DNA of 64,000 nucleotides from Eledone cirrhosa (taxonomy: Eukaryota): positions 2,294,001 through 2,358,000 of the forward strand of contig OZ024753.1 of NCBI GenBank assembly GCA_964016885.1, in the 5' to 3' direction. Under the pieces are notes generated by a model. It did no database searches. It was not told where the DNA came from and saw nothing but the letters and a program-made list of their open reading frames with translations. The translations under genes were made by a program, and so were the position numbers. Of this stretch, positions 13,929 through 28,688 are shown in pieces. Numbering within the stretch: the stretch's first letter is position 1; every line of letters starts with the position of its first letter.

Positions 13929-14968
13929 AGAAAAGTAAAAGAGGGGGAGCGAAAGAGACACAGAAAGCGATGAGAAATGTATTGTAACTAACTTTTAAAT
14001 TATTCCGAGACTGATAACGTCGGAAGATTTTTACAAATTGAAGATTGGTATTCTAAATGTCTCACTGTTTTTAGTTTCTCTCAAGTAAATGACGTATTGC
14101 ATGATTCAGTATTCGATAAAATAAATAACAGTCACATCTCTGATCCAATTGAATTTATTGTTCTCTCAGCTCCAGAATGTTGGACTTAGACTAATGAAAG
14201 AAATCAATATTTGACTGGTATAAATTACAATTATCATTAAATTGCTTATACATGTTAATCAAAGGAACAAATGGTATGAATGTCAATAATTATTGAATCA
14301 GTAATAAATAAAATACTTGCTTCTTTTCTTCAATTAGAATATGGATATTTATCGAACATTTGAATAATGAATATTGCAACAAAATCTTTGTTCATGATGG
14401 CTGGTCATACATAATTTATTTTGTGGATAGCTAAAATGCGATCATTTAGTGATGGAATTTACTGAGCAAATAAGATAAATTTCTCAGCCAGGAATTGAAA
14501 TAGCATCAGAAATCTATAGTGGTAACTCTAAAGTATATATCCCTCTTTTTCCCAACAAAAAGAACAATCACAGTATACTGTACATCACAAAGTGAAATGC
14601 GATTAATAGACTGCAAATGTGACAATGTCATTTCACTCGTTTAGCAAGAGTTTGTACTTTCATCAAATCCTATGAATAGGAAATCATGAGTAATCAACAG
14701 GCTGCTTCATCTTTCATTGTTTCGAGTTCACTGTAAATGTACATATGTATTTCTTTAGTTCGTTTAATCGTCTCAGAAATGGAGTGGATGAATCCCTACT
14801 TCAATATATATAACGGTAGGTTTGATTATCATATGGTTACAAATAAATCTTCGTCTTGGAAGATAAGTTAATAAATAATATTCTGGAAAACACTGTAAAG
14901 CAAAACCAACTTCCTCTCGATGTACTCATGCTCGTCTATATTGAAATTATGACATTGAAAAATTCCTT

Positions 14969-14999
<31 letters not shown>

Positions 15000-15040
15000 A
15001 AATAAATAAGTCAAATATTTAAAATTTGGCTTCGTTTATT

Positions 15041-15095
15041 ACTGCTATATATATTTCGGTGACAGCCATCTTTGGCTGTGACCTCTTCAGGCAGT
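15041..15095 (-). ncRNA. Type I hammerhead motif, copy 1
   Basis: ACUGC-CUGAAGA-GGUcACAGCCA(aaga)UGGCUGUcACC-GAA-AUAUAUAU-A-GCAGU. Confidence 0.88.
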
Positions 15096-15225
15096 CCGAA
15101 TTGGTGTAGCAGAGACGGGTACACATGTTGTTGAGGTGTTTAGCTTCGTCAATACTCCGATATGCCCAGTTCCTGGAATCATACTGCATACTGAGGTGTC
15201 GGTGAACAACCAACATATACTCAAA

Positions 15226-15263
<38 letters not shown>

Positions 15264-15307
15264 AAGTTAAATAAAAGTCAAATGATTAAAATTTAGCTTC
15301 GTTTATT

Positions 15308-15362
15308 ACTGCTATATATATTTCAGTGACAGCCATCTTTGGCTGTGACCTCTTCAGGCAGT
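15308..15362 (-). ncRNA. Type I hammerhead motif, copy 2
   Basis: As copy 1 but with a G-U pair closing stem II. Confidence 0.8.
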
Positions 15363-15501
15363 TTGAATTAGTATGGTATAGACAAGTACATATGTTGTTT
15401 AGGTGTATGATATTGTCAATACTCTGATATGCCCAGTTCCTTGTTGGGTTGTTAATTCACTGGGGAACTGGTCATATATTTAAAATTTGGCTTCGTTTAT
15501 T

Positions 15502-15556
15502 ACTGCTATATATATTTCGGTGACAGCCATCTTTGGCTGTGACCTCTTCAGGCAGT
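15502..15556 (-). ncRNA. Type I hammerhead motif, copy 3
   Basis: Identical to copy 1. Confidence 0.88.
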
Positions 15557-16367
15557 CCGAATTGGTGTAGCAGAGACGGGTACACATGTTGTTGAGGTGT
15601 TTAGCTTCGTCAATACTCCGATATGCCCAGTTCCTGGAATCATACTGCATACTGAGGTGTTGGTATACAACCAACATAAACTCAAAATCTATATATATAT
15701 ATATATATATGATGGGCTCTAGAACAGTTTTCTTCTGTAAGATCATACATGGAGCTAGAAAAGTCACTTGCCAATATTTTAATACTATGTGATCGAACTC
15801 GAGATGAAACCATGCTTGCATCTTTCTCTCTCTCCCCTCTATCCATCTCTCTAGATCACTGTATGTGTGTGTGGCGTGTGCCTGTGGGTGTTCTATGTTT
15901 GTGTGTGTACGTATATATTATGTTAAAAGTTTTAATTCCCAGAACGTTGTTAGCGCTGTAAAACTAATAAAGAATTTAATATTTAGTCAAACATAAAGAA
16001 TGTGAAAGTACAATTGTAAAAGACTCTAAATGAGAGGAAAATGAGGGAAAGAGCAAGGATTACTAAGCAACGAAAGAAAGGGCGATGTGAGAAGGGTGAG
16101 AGTTTCTACACCCAATTCTATTCAACGAAAGCTCGTTGCTGCAGGTTTGGTTTAAATAATGACAGTATATTAACACTTAGCACTTTCTATTGTCAATCTT
16201 TTCCTTATATAATGGTATTATGCTTGAAAGGGCGGTGGATTGGCAGTATCTCTAATGCAACGGAAATGTAAATATTTCTTCCGAATTATAGTAAAAATGA
16301 GTAATAGGAATAGGACATCATACTGGAGAAACAAGAAAAAACCAGTATTATTATTTTCCCTATAATA

Positions 16368-16808
16368 GGTTGGTGGATTGGCAGTATAGTTTGAGCGTCG
16401 GACATTATACTTTGCAGCATAGAGTTACATCACTTTACGTTCTTAGTTCAAATCCCGCCGAGGTTAGCTTTGTCTTTCATCTTTGTCGATAAAATAAAGC
16501 AACAGTAATGCAATTGGGTCGATTTAATCGACTTTTCCCTCCCCCTTCTAACCGCTGGTCTTGTGGCAAAAGTAGACACAATTATTTCCCCTAAAATAGA
16601 GCGGTCGATTGGTAAAATCGTTAGAGCACCGGATGAAATGCATTACAGTATTTCATTACGTTCTGGTTTTAAATCCCATCGAGGTCAACTTTACTTTTCA
16701 TCTTTTCGAGGTCGATAAAATAAAATACCAATCAAATAGTGGTTTGATTTAAGTGAATCTCTCCTCCCCCAAATTGCATGTCTTGGGTCTAAATCAGAAC
16801 TCATTATT
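16368..16808 (+). mobile_element. Two head-to-tail SINE family A copies (about 16368-16585 and 16600-16808)
   Basis: A-box-like tggcagtatagtt, B-box-like gttcaaatcc, core gaggttagctttgtctttcatc...gtcgataaaataaa. Confidence 0.8.
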
Positions 16809-17712
16809 TTCCAGCTACTTCTGCTACACTGCCGAGGACAATTAGTTTAAAGACAATTTATTGTTTTTATAACTAACTGCAACTTTTTGAAAGCACTTAC
16901 AACATCACAGTAAACACAATAGGCATGTTTTCTAGCGAGAATTCAGTAAATTAGAGAAATTAAATAAATTCTAAAAAAATACATGAACATTCTTTAAACG
17001 AAACTCCTTCTAGTCAATTAATTCCATTCTCATTTCTGAAAATAAGAATATATAGAATACACCTTGCAAAATATATGTGCAAAAGTTATAGATAGATAGA
17101 TATTAAATGCAGTGTAAAAATGTGATATGTATAAGCGGATATGAAGTTGTGCACGAATGCGAAGATTCAATTCCATGTTTTGGAAATAAAAAACATATCG
17201 TAAAAGACGTATACTATTTAAATACATGAATACATTGTGAGAGGATAACAACCAAATCGAATTAATGTGTCACTTTCAAAGATTTATATTTCCCAGTGAA
17301 GCATGAAATTGATAAACATGAAGAAGGGCCTTTCCAATTAAGATCTTCATTACGATAGTATAGAATATTTTGTACGGGTTACATAACTGAAAGAAAAATA
17401 ACCTAATTGAACAAATTGACAGGAAGTAAAATTAATAAATTAACTGGAAAAAAAGGAAAGAAGGAACTCAAAGTGGATGGAAACGATAATTAAACCCATT
17501 AAAACCTTTGGGAATTAGTAAGAAGTAATTATACTAAATATCTATAATAGACCCATTAGTTTCTCCATGCTGTTGTAGAGATAATATAGAAATGAAGATA
17601 TATCGGTTGAATGAAGATATCGTTATTTTGTAGACCTAAATATATATGTGTGCATGTATGTTTGCATTAGCACATGCTGGTTTTGTATTTTTGTATATGT
17701 ATTATATATGCA

Positions 17713-17743
<31 letters not shown>

Positions 17744-17803
17744 TATTATATATATATACATACATGTATATATATATACATATATATATATATACACACA
17801 CAT

Positions 17804-17853
<50 letters not shown>

Positions 17854-17889
17854 ATACACACACATATATATATATTTATATATATATAT

Positions 17890-17937
<48 letters not shown>

Positions 17938-17971
17938 ATACACACACATATATATATATTTATATATATAT

Positions 17972-18040
<69 letters not shown>

Positions 18041-18256
18041 ATATACATATGTGTACGTATGTATGTATATGTTGTTCAAAGGAGAAAAATGCTTTGATTA
18101 AATATATACATCATCTGATGAGTAGATCAATACTGGAGTGAGGTTTGTAATATCGAATAGTTCCTAAAGCCAATCATCTGTGAACCATATGTAACGTTCA
18201 ATATCTAATGAAAAAAAAAAAAAATTTTAAGTCAAACTTAGTACTCTCATACATAC

Positions 18257-18390
<134 letters not shown>

Positions 18391-18407
18391 TATATATATA
18401 TATATAT

Positions 18408-18452
<45 letters not shown>

Positions 18453-18497
18453 TATATATATATATATACACACACACACATATATATATATACACAC

Positions 18498-18532
<35 letters not shown>

Positions 18533-18543
18533 TATATATATAT

Positions 18544-18596
<53 letters not shown>

Positions 18597-18602
<6 letters not shown>

Positions 18603-18837
18603 TAAACAAATAATGAATAAACAATTCCTTATATTAAACAAAAAAAGTTCATTATTTAACGATCGTTTCTAGGATATATATGTGTTAGAATTGGTATGCA
18701 TATTCAACAGATCTATGTACAAAATTATACAAAATTATACAAATTATCAAGATTAAATATACATACCAACACATATATACGCCGTCTTCAGAAATACTAC
18801 CAAGAGTTTACGGTAGTAAACTCTTGGTAGATTTATC

Positions 18838-18840
<3 letters not shown>
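18597..18840 (-). mobile_element. Compact element of about 245 bp: 5' hairpin, long-stem-II hammerhead, AT-rich tail, inside (TA)n
   Basis: Hairpin ctaccaagagtttac/gtaaactcttggtag 18797-18830; homolog at 49850-49990. Confidence 0.75.
18653..18796 (-). ncRNA. Hammerhead motif with 115-nt stem II hairpin
   Basis: UAUUU-CUGAAGA-[115 nt with UAUAUAUGUGUU/AACACAUAUAUA and GGUAUGUAUAUUUAA/UUGAAUAUGCAUACC]-GAA-ACGAUCGU-U-AAAUA. Confidence 0.72.
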
Positions 18841-18881
<41 letters not shown>

Positions 18882-18900
18882 TATATATATATATACATAT

Positions 18901-19053
18901 AGTTTTAATATAGATGAGATTCTACAGGACTAGAACTGTTTCATTCATTAGAAATCATCATATTAAATCTCATCTATATTAAAACTGTTATACTCTGCTA
19001 TGTATTGAGTACCTTACTTACTGTGGTTACCTCCGATTCAACCCGGAATAACG
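18901..19053 (+). mobile_element. Short inverted-repeat plus tail element in (TA)n
   Basis: 21-bp arms 18901-18921/18966-18986, decayed HHR-like spacer, tail with TACTC...GAGTA hairpin. Confidence 0.7.
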
Positions 19054-20367
19054 TATATATACATATATATATATATCTGTCATGCTGAATTGTAATTGCG
19101 TGCTTCATCACATAAACAGAAATGCATATACAAACACATCCGCGATGACGCGCATAAACACACACTACACACATGCATTATATACGTATATATCAGCACA
19201 TATATATCATCATATATGACTGCGTGTGCTGTGTGTATACGTAACATTGAATTTCCTGATTATTAAACTGTAAAGAAGATAACCAGAGGTAGTACAATAT
19301 TAAAATAAATAGATGAAATAACTTTAGGAATAAAAACTGTAGAAAAAAAGTTTCATGCACGAAAATTATCGGGTAATACGCAATCGAACATTCTATTCGA
19401 AATACGAGGAAATAAAATAGTGAAAAAAAGCAACTAGTTATTAGGGATAAGAGAGTAAAAAGACAAAAATAAAAAGCCCCTTATGAATGGAATGTGATAG
19501 CGTAAATGAAAATGATAGTAAAAGTATAGAGGATGATGATGATAATAATAGTAATGAAACACCAATATACAACAAAAAAAAAAAAAATGAATTAAATATC
19601 TTTCTATAGAGAATTTTTTTTACAAAAGAAAAAAATGTATCCGTTTTTACTTCTTTCGTTAAGGCTATTCTGTTTTGTTGAAATGTTCAGTCGGCTTTTC
19701 AAGGAAGACATCTAATAGTTCGTTGGATGTATCCAAACATGTATTATGTGACATCTTTGTTCATGAATGTGTTATATATATATTTGTTGGCCGACAAAAT
19801 AGGATATAAGAATTATAAAAAAAAATGTTTCAGTTAATATAAAGAATACAATACATAGAGTATACAGAATATGTACCAAATAGATTTGGTACCGCTAATA
19901 CACACACATGTATATATATATATGTATGTGTATACATATATGCATATTTACATATATATATTTACACACATACACACAGACATATACATATATCTATATA
20001 TCTATATATGGATTTAAAACCCTCGTTATTATTAGTCTATTTTATTTAGTCAAATTTACGGCGAGATCTTCTAAATCAATTGATATATATATATGCAAAG
20101 ATGATGGTGTATAAAATTGATATTTTAACTCCTACCTATGGCTAGATTTCTTGTTAAGTTGCGATAATTTTAATACATTTTCGCTTTCGTATAACTCGTC
20201 CGAATAAGTGTAATGAGACTGTTTATGACATTTTAAGTTAATTAATGAGATGTTCCATCCTTCATTGATAATGAGTAATTCAATTAAACCGAGCTGATAA
20301 TCCGAATAAGGTGAAACAATAGTTCTCGGAATTGGAGATCAAACTGTTGTCGAACTACTACCATTTT

Positions 20368-20424
<57 letters not shown>

Positions 20425-20529
20425 TATTGAAATTTCCGTTGGAAACAGAAAAGGTCATAGAAATGAAGAGTGCTCTATGTAAGTATCAGAGCAAAATTAA
20501 TGTATAAAAATCAATACGATATAATTACT

Positions 20530-20595
20530 TCATTACCAGAGGTTTCCAGAATGAGGCGAATACGAAATAAACGACTTCATTCGTTCGTCAGACGA
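20530..20595 (-). ncRNA. Type I hammerhead motif, medium-length stem II
   Basis: UCGU-CUGACGA-AC GAAUGA...UCAUUC UG-GAA-ACC(ucu)GGU-A-AUGA. Confidence 0.72.
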
Positions 20596-20677
20596 GGCAA
20601 TATAAAACATGGGCAAATACTTAGAAAAACACATCAAGAAAATCAAAAAAAGATATAGATAAATGAAATAGAAATTG

Positions 20678-20739
<62 letters not shown>

Positions 20740-20844
20740 TTAATGGTAGCTTTGATGCTTCCATAGGCATGGAATCGTGTCTCGTATCCATAGTAAGTAC
20801 AGTGAATTTTTTGAAACTTTTTCTTATTTGCTAAACCTTGATTA

Positions 20845-20911
<67 letters not shown>

Positions 20912-21458
20912 CAAAATGGCTGAATGAATACGTACGTCTTTCCCTGTTACTTCCTATTCTAACTCTTTATCTTTCAATTTATTTTCTATTTCTTACGCTA
21001 TCTTCTGACGAAGGATCAGTGTCCGATATCTTAAGACTCTTGTCCGGCTATTTCAAGCATTAAACTATTTCTTGAAAGTGTGGTGTCGTTTGCTTTATTT
21101 CAGATTTCAGTTTACCTTTTACACACACACACACACGCACACACATATATTTATATTTACATATATACACACACACGGACATGAACACACTCACACACAC
21201 ACATATGAACACACATACATGTACATATACATACAGGAAATGTATGTATGCCCTTTTGGATCCATTTTTCACGAGTATATCCGATTTAGTTCGTGTAGAA
21301 ATCGAAGTGATTACAGCTAACCTAATATTTATTTTTCATATCTATATTCATTTTAGGTTTTTAGCCTTTTGCATGCTTATTGAAATTTTTAAACACAAAC
21401 ACACATCCTCCAAAAGCTCGCACGTGCATACACACACACAGTGCACACACTATATATA

Positions 21459-21524
<66 letters not shown>

Positions 21525-21589
21525 AAGTGAACAGGCATTCATTCAGAGACTGAGAGAATGGAATTGGTTAAATATATTAATGATGACTT

Positions 21590-21681
<92 letters not shown>

Positions 21682-22804
21682 CATATGTATATACATACAC
21701 ACATATATTTACATGTGCATTTAGTGTATATATATATATATATATATATTATATATGTGTTTGTATATATAAATAAATATATATAAATACATATATATAT
21801 ATAACTATATGTGGGCGCGGGTGTCATGAACGTGTGGGCATGTATGTTGGAATACGTGTGGATGAGTGTGTCGACTTTTTCCTTTGCGTAAATGGAGATA
21901 CATAATTTTACATTTACAGCTGTTAATGTATAACTAACTTAAAGCTTTCGCGAAAAGGAAACATAGCATTCAACAAACAATAAAAATGCATGAATATTCT
22001 GCATCAGAACATGAATATTATTAACTTCAGAAATTCTATTTTATAAAGCTGCCGCGGTTACACATCAGTAGGCGACATAAATCAAGATTTCCTTGTAGCT
22101 TCAATTCGGATGTAATCGATGAATACATATATATTATTATAAATTTTATTCGCATTTATATGTATTCTATTTATATGCTCACTGAATCAACTGAATATAT
22201 ATGCGTTTATGTCTGTATAGATATACATTGGAAAATACGCGTAAAAATACGTTTAACGTCCATTTTTCCCACGCTAGCATGGGTCAGACGTGTAGTCCTG
22301 TTGTGAGACATGTCAGATCTGATTACTCTATCTTACTCATTCATAACTATTTCTGGTTTGGTTTCTACATCTGCATGCTCTTCCTTACGTCAACCATATT
22401 TACTGCATGGACTTGGAAGATTTATAACTATATTATTGAGTTAATTTATACATTTACTGAGGTTAGAGATTATTTCTAATTTCAAACTCTCTCACTGTTG
22501 CAAAACATACTTATTTGACAACAATAATAATTTGACAACAATAATAATTTCTTCTCGGGACAAGTGAACAGTTTTAAAGGAAAGCTAACTGGCAAACTTC
22601 AAAAACTAATTTTCTAGTTTTCCCAAACTACATTAATATGCTTATTCTAATGTAGTGGTCGCCTGAGTCATTGTCACTGAGTAATACTTCACATAGAGAT
22701 ATATTTATGTGAAAACGTCTAAATGAAATTTTGACCATTTCGATGTGGTTATTGTGACGGATTCGAGCCCACAATGCTCTCTCGTTATTATAACTAATAT
22801 TACT

Positions 22805-22990
22805 GTGGATTGACAGTATCGGTAGAGGGTCGGACGCCATGCGTTGACGCATAGACTTACGGCCCTTGCCATTCTGAGTTCAAATCTCGCCGAGGTTAAC
22901 TTTGCATTTCATCCTTACGGGGTCGATAAAATAAAGTACCAGTAATACACTGGTTAATTGCTGGCCTTGTGCCAAAAAGTAGAAACAATT
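22805..22990 (+). mobile_element. SINE family A, short young variant A2
   Basis: Full head-to-tail copy; diagnostic gacgcataga.ttacggcccttgccattctgag shared with the 63691 copy. Confidence 0.92.
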
Positions 22991-23189
22991 ATAACTAATA
23001 TTATTAATATTGATTAACAATTATTTAAGGTCCCACAACAAAGAGGTGTTCACTCTTACATATTGACAATAGTAGTTCCATAGTAAAAAAATTCATTTCA
23101 GAAACTAACAAATTATTCAGGACGAATATCACTTCCAGAAATTGTAATGTGTAACAAGTGTTGTTGAAGAGGAACAGGTGTGTATGTAT

Positions 23190-23290
23190 ATTTATATATA
23201 TATATATACATGTGTGTGCGCGTGCGTGTGTGTATATATGTATATATGTATATATATATATGTATATATATATGTATATATATGTATATA

Positions 23291-23343
<53 letters not shown>

Positions 23344-23428
23344 GTGTGTGTATATATATATATGTATATATATATGTGTATATATACGTGTATATACATA
23401 TATGTATATATATATGTATATATATATA

Positions 23429-23487
<59 letters not shown>

Positions 23488-23776
23488 CTGTGTGTATATA
23501 TATATATGTATATATATATGTGTATATATACGTGTATATACATATATGTATATATATATGTGTAAATATATGCATATATATATATGTATATATATGTATA
23601 TATATATGTATATATATATATATATATGTGTATATATATATATGTATATATATATGTATATATACGTGTGTATACATATATGTATATATATATATGTATA
23701 AATATATGCGTATATATATGTGTGTATATATATGTATATATATATATATGTATATATATATATACATATATATATG

Positions 23777-23834
<58 letters not shown>

Positions 23835-23840
23835 TATATG

Positions 23841-23932
<92 letters not shown>
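23190..23932. repeat. Long interrupted (TA)n/(TG)n microsatellite
   Basis: Direct reading. Confidence 0.97.
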
Positions 23933-23933
<1 letters not shown>

Positions 23934-24287
23934 TTTCCGTTATAAACCAACCTCCGTTATTATTCAATTTGTGAAGCATCACTTCGAATTGGATTGACAC
24001 AACTTTCTTAAGTATCTATGCATATATGGTTGCTTATGTATACATAAACATCTTGTAAGTATTAGCATTCTATGTAGCGGTGCTGCGAAAATCGATTGTC
24101 CACCAACGCTATATTATCTAACAGTCAATTAACAAGACATAAGATCTGCAATAATTTAATTATTGGACTTCTCGTAAGGTTAGCCTGTTGCTTGAGTGCT
24201 ATTGTGCGTCATGTCGCTCTCATTTTCATTGTTTCGTTATTAAACCATTCACTTCATCTGCAGAAGCATACCATTTGTTGCCTACGA

Positions 24288-24328
<41 letters not shown>

Positions 24329-24369
24329 GCAAAAATAAAAACAACAACAACAGCAACAACAATATTATT

Positions 24370-24590
24370 AAGTGTTTCTACATTTGGCACAATGCCAGCA
24401 ATTTGAAGGGGGACGGGGAAAGTCGATTAAATCGACCCCAGTGCATTACTGGTGCTTTATTTTATCGGCCTCGTAAGGATGAAAGACAAAGCTAACCTCG
24501 ACGGTATTTGAACTCACAACATAAAGGGCCATAACTTTATACCGCTAAGCATGTTATCCAAAGCCCAACCGATATTGCCAATCCACCTCA
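24370..24590 (-). mobile_element. SINE family A, long variant
   Basis: Core plus gtcgattaaatcgac palindrome. Confidence 0.88.
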
Positions 24591-25369
24591 CATAATAATA
24601 ATAATAATCAGAATAAAAATATTGATAATAATAATATGTGTATCAAATAATCAGATATGGTTATCACACAATGTACGATACGATAGATTTAATTTTCGTA
24701 GCGAATAAACCCGTGGCATAGTTTCACATGGGATTGATTGATTTAAAGACATTAAGTTTTTGTCATATATAATTCTATCGCAGATTATATTATGATGCGC
24801 ATGATCTTTCAACAGTAATGTTACCGATGTCATATATTTATTAAAATAGTCTTACGGTATGTGTGTAGCATATTTTTGCATGACGATATCTTATGTATGA
24901 AATAAAGTTTTAGACAGACATTTTTCTCTAAATCCTCTTCGCAACATACCTGATAAAATTGTATGAAATGTATCTACAAGTTAAGGATGAACATTTTGAG
25001 AGAACATACACACACACACAGACTCACACACACACACATGTACACACACAATGATATCTAGCAGCAATTCCTATCAGGTATCAAACACACATTTAATTTC
25101 TCAAGTTAATTAACGTGATCAGGGAAATGACATATTAGTTTTTGTTTATAGTCAAGGCACAATTATGGACATATGTTTGGGTCTATTTAACATCGTCAGA
25201 ATTATACAGTCAACTGAATCTGCCGATAAGAGAATATGTTGTTACACATAGAAAATAAATCAAGTATATTTGGGGGCTAAGAACAATTTGCATAGCTTAA
25301 AATATTGAAAGTTATAACTAAAAAGAAACCAACAGCATGAATATGGACAATAATGCATGTATGTATGTA

Positions 25370-25529
25370 TCTAACTCTCTAGCCACTAAGCCACGTGTCC
25401 TCAATTCTCGGACCGGGTGAACAAGACACTTTATTTCTCGCTGCTCTTTCTGTCAGGAGTTGCGACGAGTAGATAGTCCACCCCACTCGGGAAGCGAATG
25501 ACGTCTGGGATCTTGTCGATCGACCAAGG

Positions 25530-25531
<2 letters not shown>
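25370..25531 (+). mobile_element. SINE family B copy with inverted 5' head
   Basis: Body matches 63317-63532; head cgtggcttagtggctagag lies on the opposite strand at about 25375-25396. Confidence 0.65.
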
Positions 25532-25570
<39 letters not shown>

Positions 25571-25624
25571 AAAAGGTTCAGGACCCCATGAGGGTCCTGA
25601 ACTATATATATATATATTTAGATA

Positions 25625-26520
25625 AAAATTCATAGGCCAAACTGAAAAGTATCGGCATCCCGTTGACAAAGAACACAATTCATGCCCGGCTAAAGATGTC
25701 AACTGGCAACCGCTGTTTGAGGAAACGAGTAAACATCTAAGTCAAGTTATCGCAAGTGTAAAAACAGTAAAGTAATATATGAACACTTCTTTCTAAATAT
25801 TCTGATTAAATAGACCCGTACACAGAGAAAATGAACGCAATTGTTGATATCTTAACTAGGTCCTTCCTGTTCAAACTCAACTGGTAGTATGTTCATAGTA
25901 CATAAGTTACTATTCCGTTTGTTTTAGGGCTATATTATAACGTGCGTCGTTCTATGTTTTTTATGGTATTTTATAAGAGATATTTGTCTACCATTTGTAA
26001 CATGTCAATTAATCACACAAAATCCCTCTTTTTTTTTGCTCCAGTGGAGCATATCAGATTGAAGTTTACGGTGTAGATTCAGTATGACTTTAATCATGAC
26101 TGTTAAATGAGCCAAAGAGCTGAGGTATGTTTGTAATTCTTCCTTCCGATTAATATTTCTTGTAAAAAAAATAAACTCAAGACGAAAATATCTAAAAATA
26201 ATTTGCAACGTTAATGTCAACAAATTACAAAGAATATTGGGTATTCATTTTGTTTTATGTTGTAGAATTATTTACATTTCTTTAATTTTTTTTATTGTTA
26301 TTCAACCATTCTGAATAACTGTTATTCTCAAATATTTTCCGAATAACATTCATCTCTTCTTTTGTGTGCAGGACAATATGTTTAATAGGTTTGGAGACAA
26401 AGAAAAACCGGATATTCCTATTTCGTTCGATAATTGATTGTTTGTTGTTTAAAAGTCGAAACAAAATCACTTGTTTGTATAATGAACAGATACTGGATTG
26501 TTACTTTTTGTTTTTCAAAT
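25625..26520 (-). pseudogene. Heavily decayed Penelope-like element (RT thumb to 3' end)
   Basis: EEMNVIRKIFENNSYSEW resembles the PLE E...I...F..NGYP motif; remainder stop-ridden. Confidence 0.45.
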
Positions 26521-27151
26521 TTATTTTATATCTTGTTATGTGAGATTCAGTGCGTGTGTTTTATATAAGTGAACAGAATAATGCTATTATGTAATCATAT
26601 CAGGTCCGGCGAGAAAATTCCTAGCTATGAGCTAGGTCCTTTCTGACGGGGCAAGCATTTAAATTGGTGTTTGAAATGTGTATGTCTTAGTAAGATATGT
26701 GTTTCAATGTTATAAAAATTCATAAGATTGTACGAATTTTAAGAGAGATATAGTCGTAAATGCAGTTATAGATACTCTGTACGGTGCCAAGGGAGCTATA
26801 CATATAAAATATTCTTTCAAAGACAATCATACAAATAGGTTAAATGAACAATACACATATTACAAGTCTACAGAGGTAGAGGAACAATATCCCAATAATC
26901 TCATGCAAAGATAATATTAGAAGAATATTAGATATTACTATGAACTGGATTGACTCGAATAAAAAATCCACAAAGAGATGTAAAATACTGCATATATACA
27001 GATTCTATAACACATACATTGGATACTTATGTTGTGTACACACGCACATATATATGCAGGCAATCTGTTAACTTTCCCCCAGTTAACTTTATGCGATGCT
27101 CTCAAATATTATTTATAGTAATCGACTATTATTGTAAATTTCGTTTGGACG

Positions 27152-28435
<1,284 letters not shown>

Positions 28436-28554
28436 ATACTTCGATATAGAGCCTGTCCCTTTCTCCCTTTCTTTCGTTGCTTCATATTATTTTCCCTTGT
28501 TCTTCGTTCTTTTTCTTTTTTCGTTTCATTAAGATATTATTTCGTCTAACGTTG

Positions 28555-28670
28555 AGGGCGCTGCAGTGGCAATATGCTTTGCAGTATATAGTTATGTCTC
28601 CTTACGTTCTGAGTTCAAATCCCGCAGGGGTTGTCTTTGCCTTTCATGCTTACGGGGTCGAAAAAATAAA
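28555..28670 (+). mobile_element. SINE family A, 3'-truncated
   Basis: ctgagttcaaatcccgcaggggttgtctttgcctttcatgcttacggggtcga. Confidence 0.8.
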
Positions 28671-28688
28671 ATACATACATACGCACAT

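Larger units (their letters stand above)
14996..15690 (-). repeat. Three tandem copies of an HHR-bearing unit of about 190-235 bp
   Basis: Units about 14996-15228, 15257-15442, 15476-15690; units 1 and 3 nearly identical. Confidence 0.92.
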
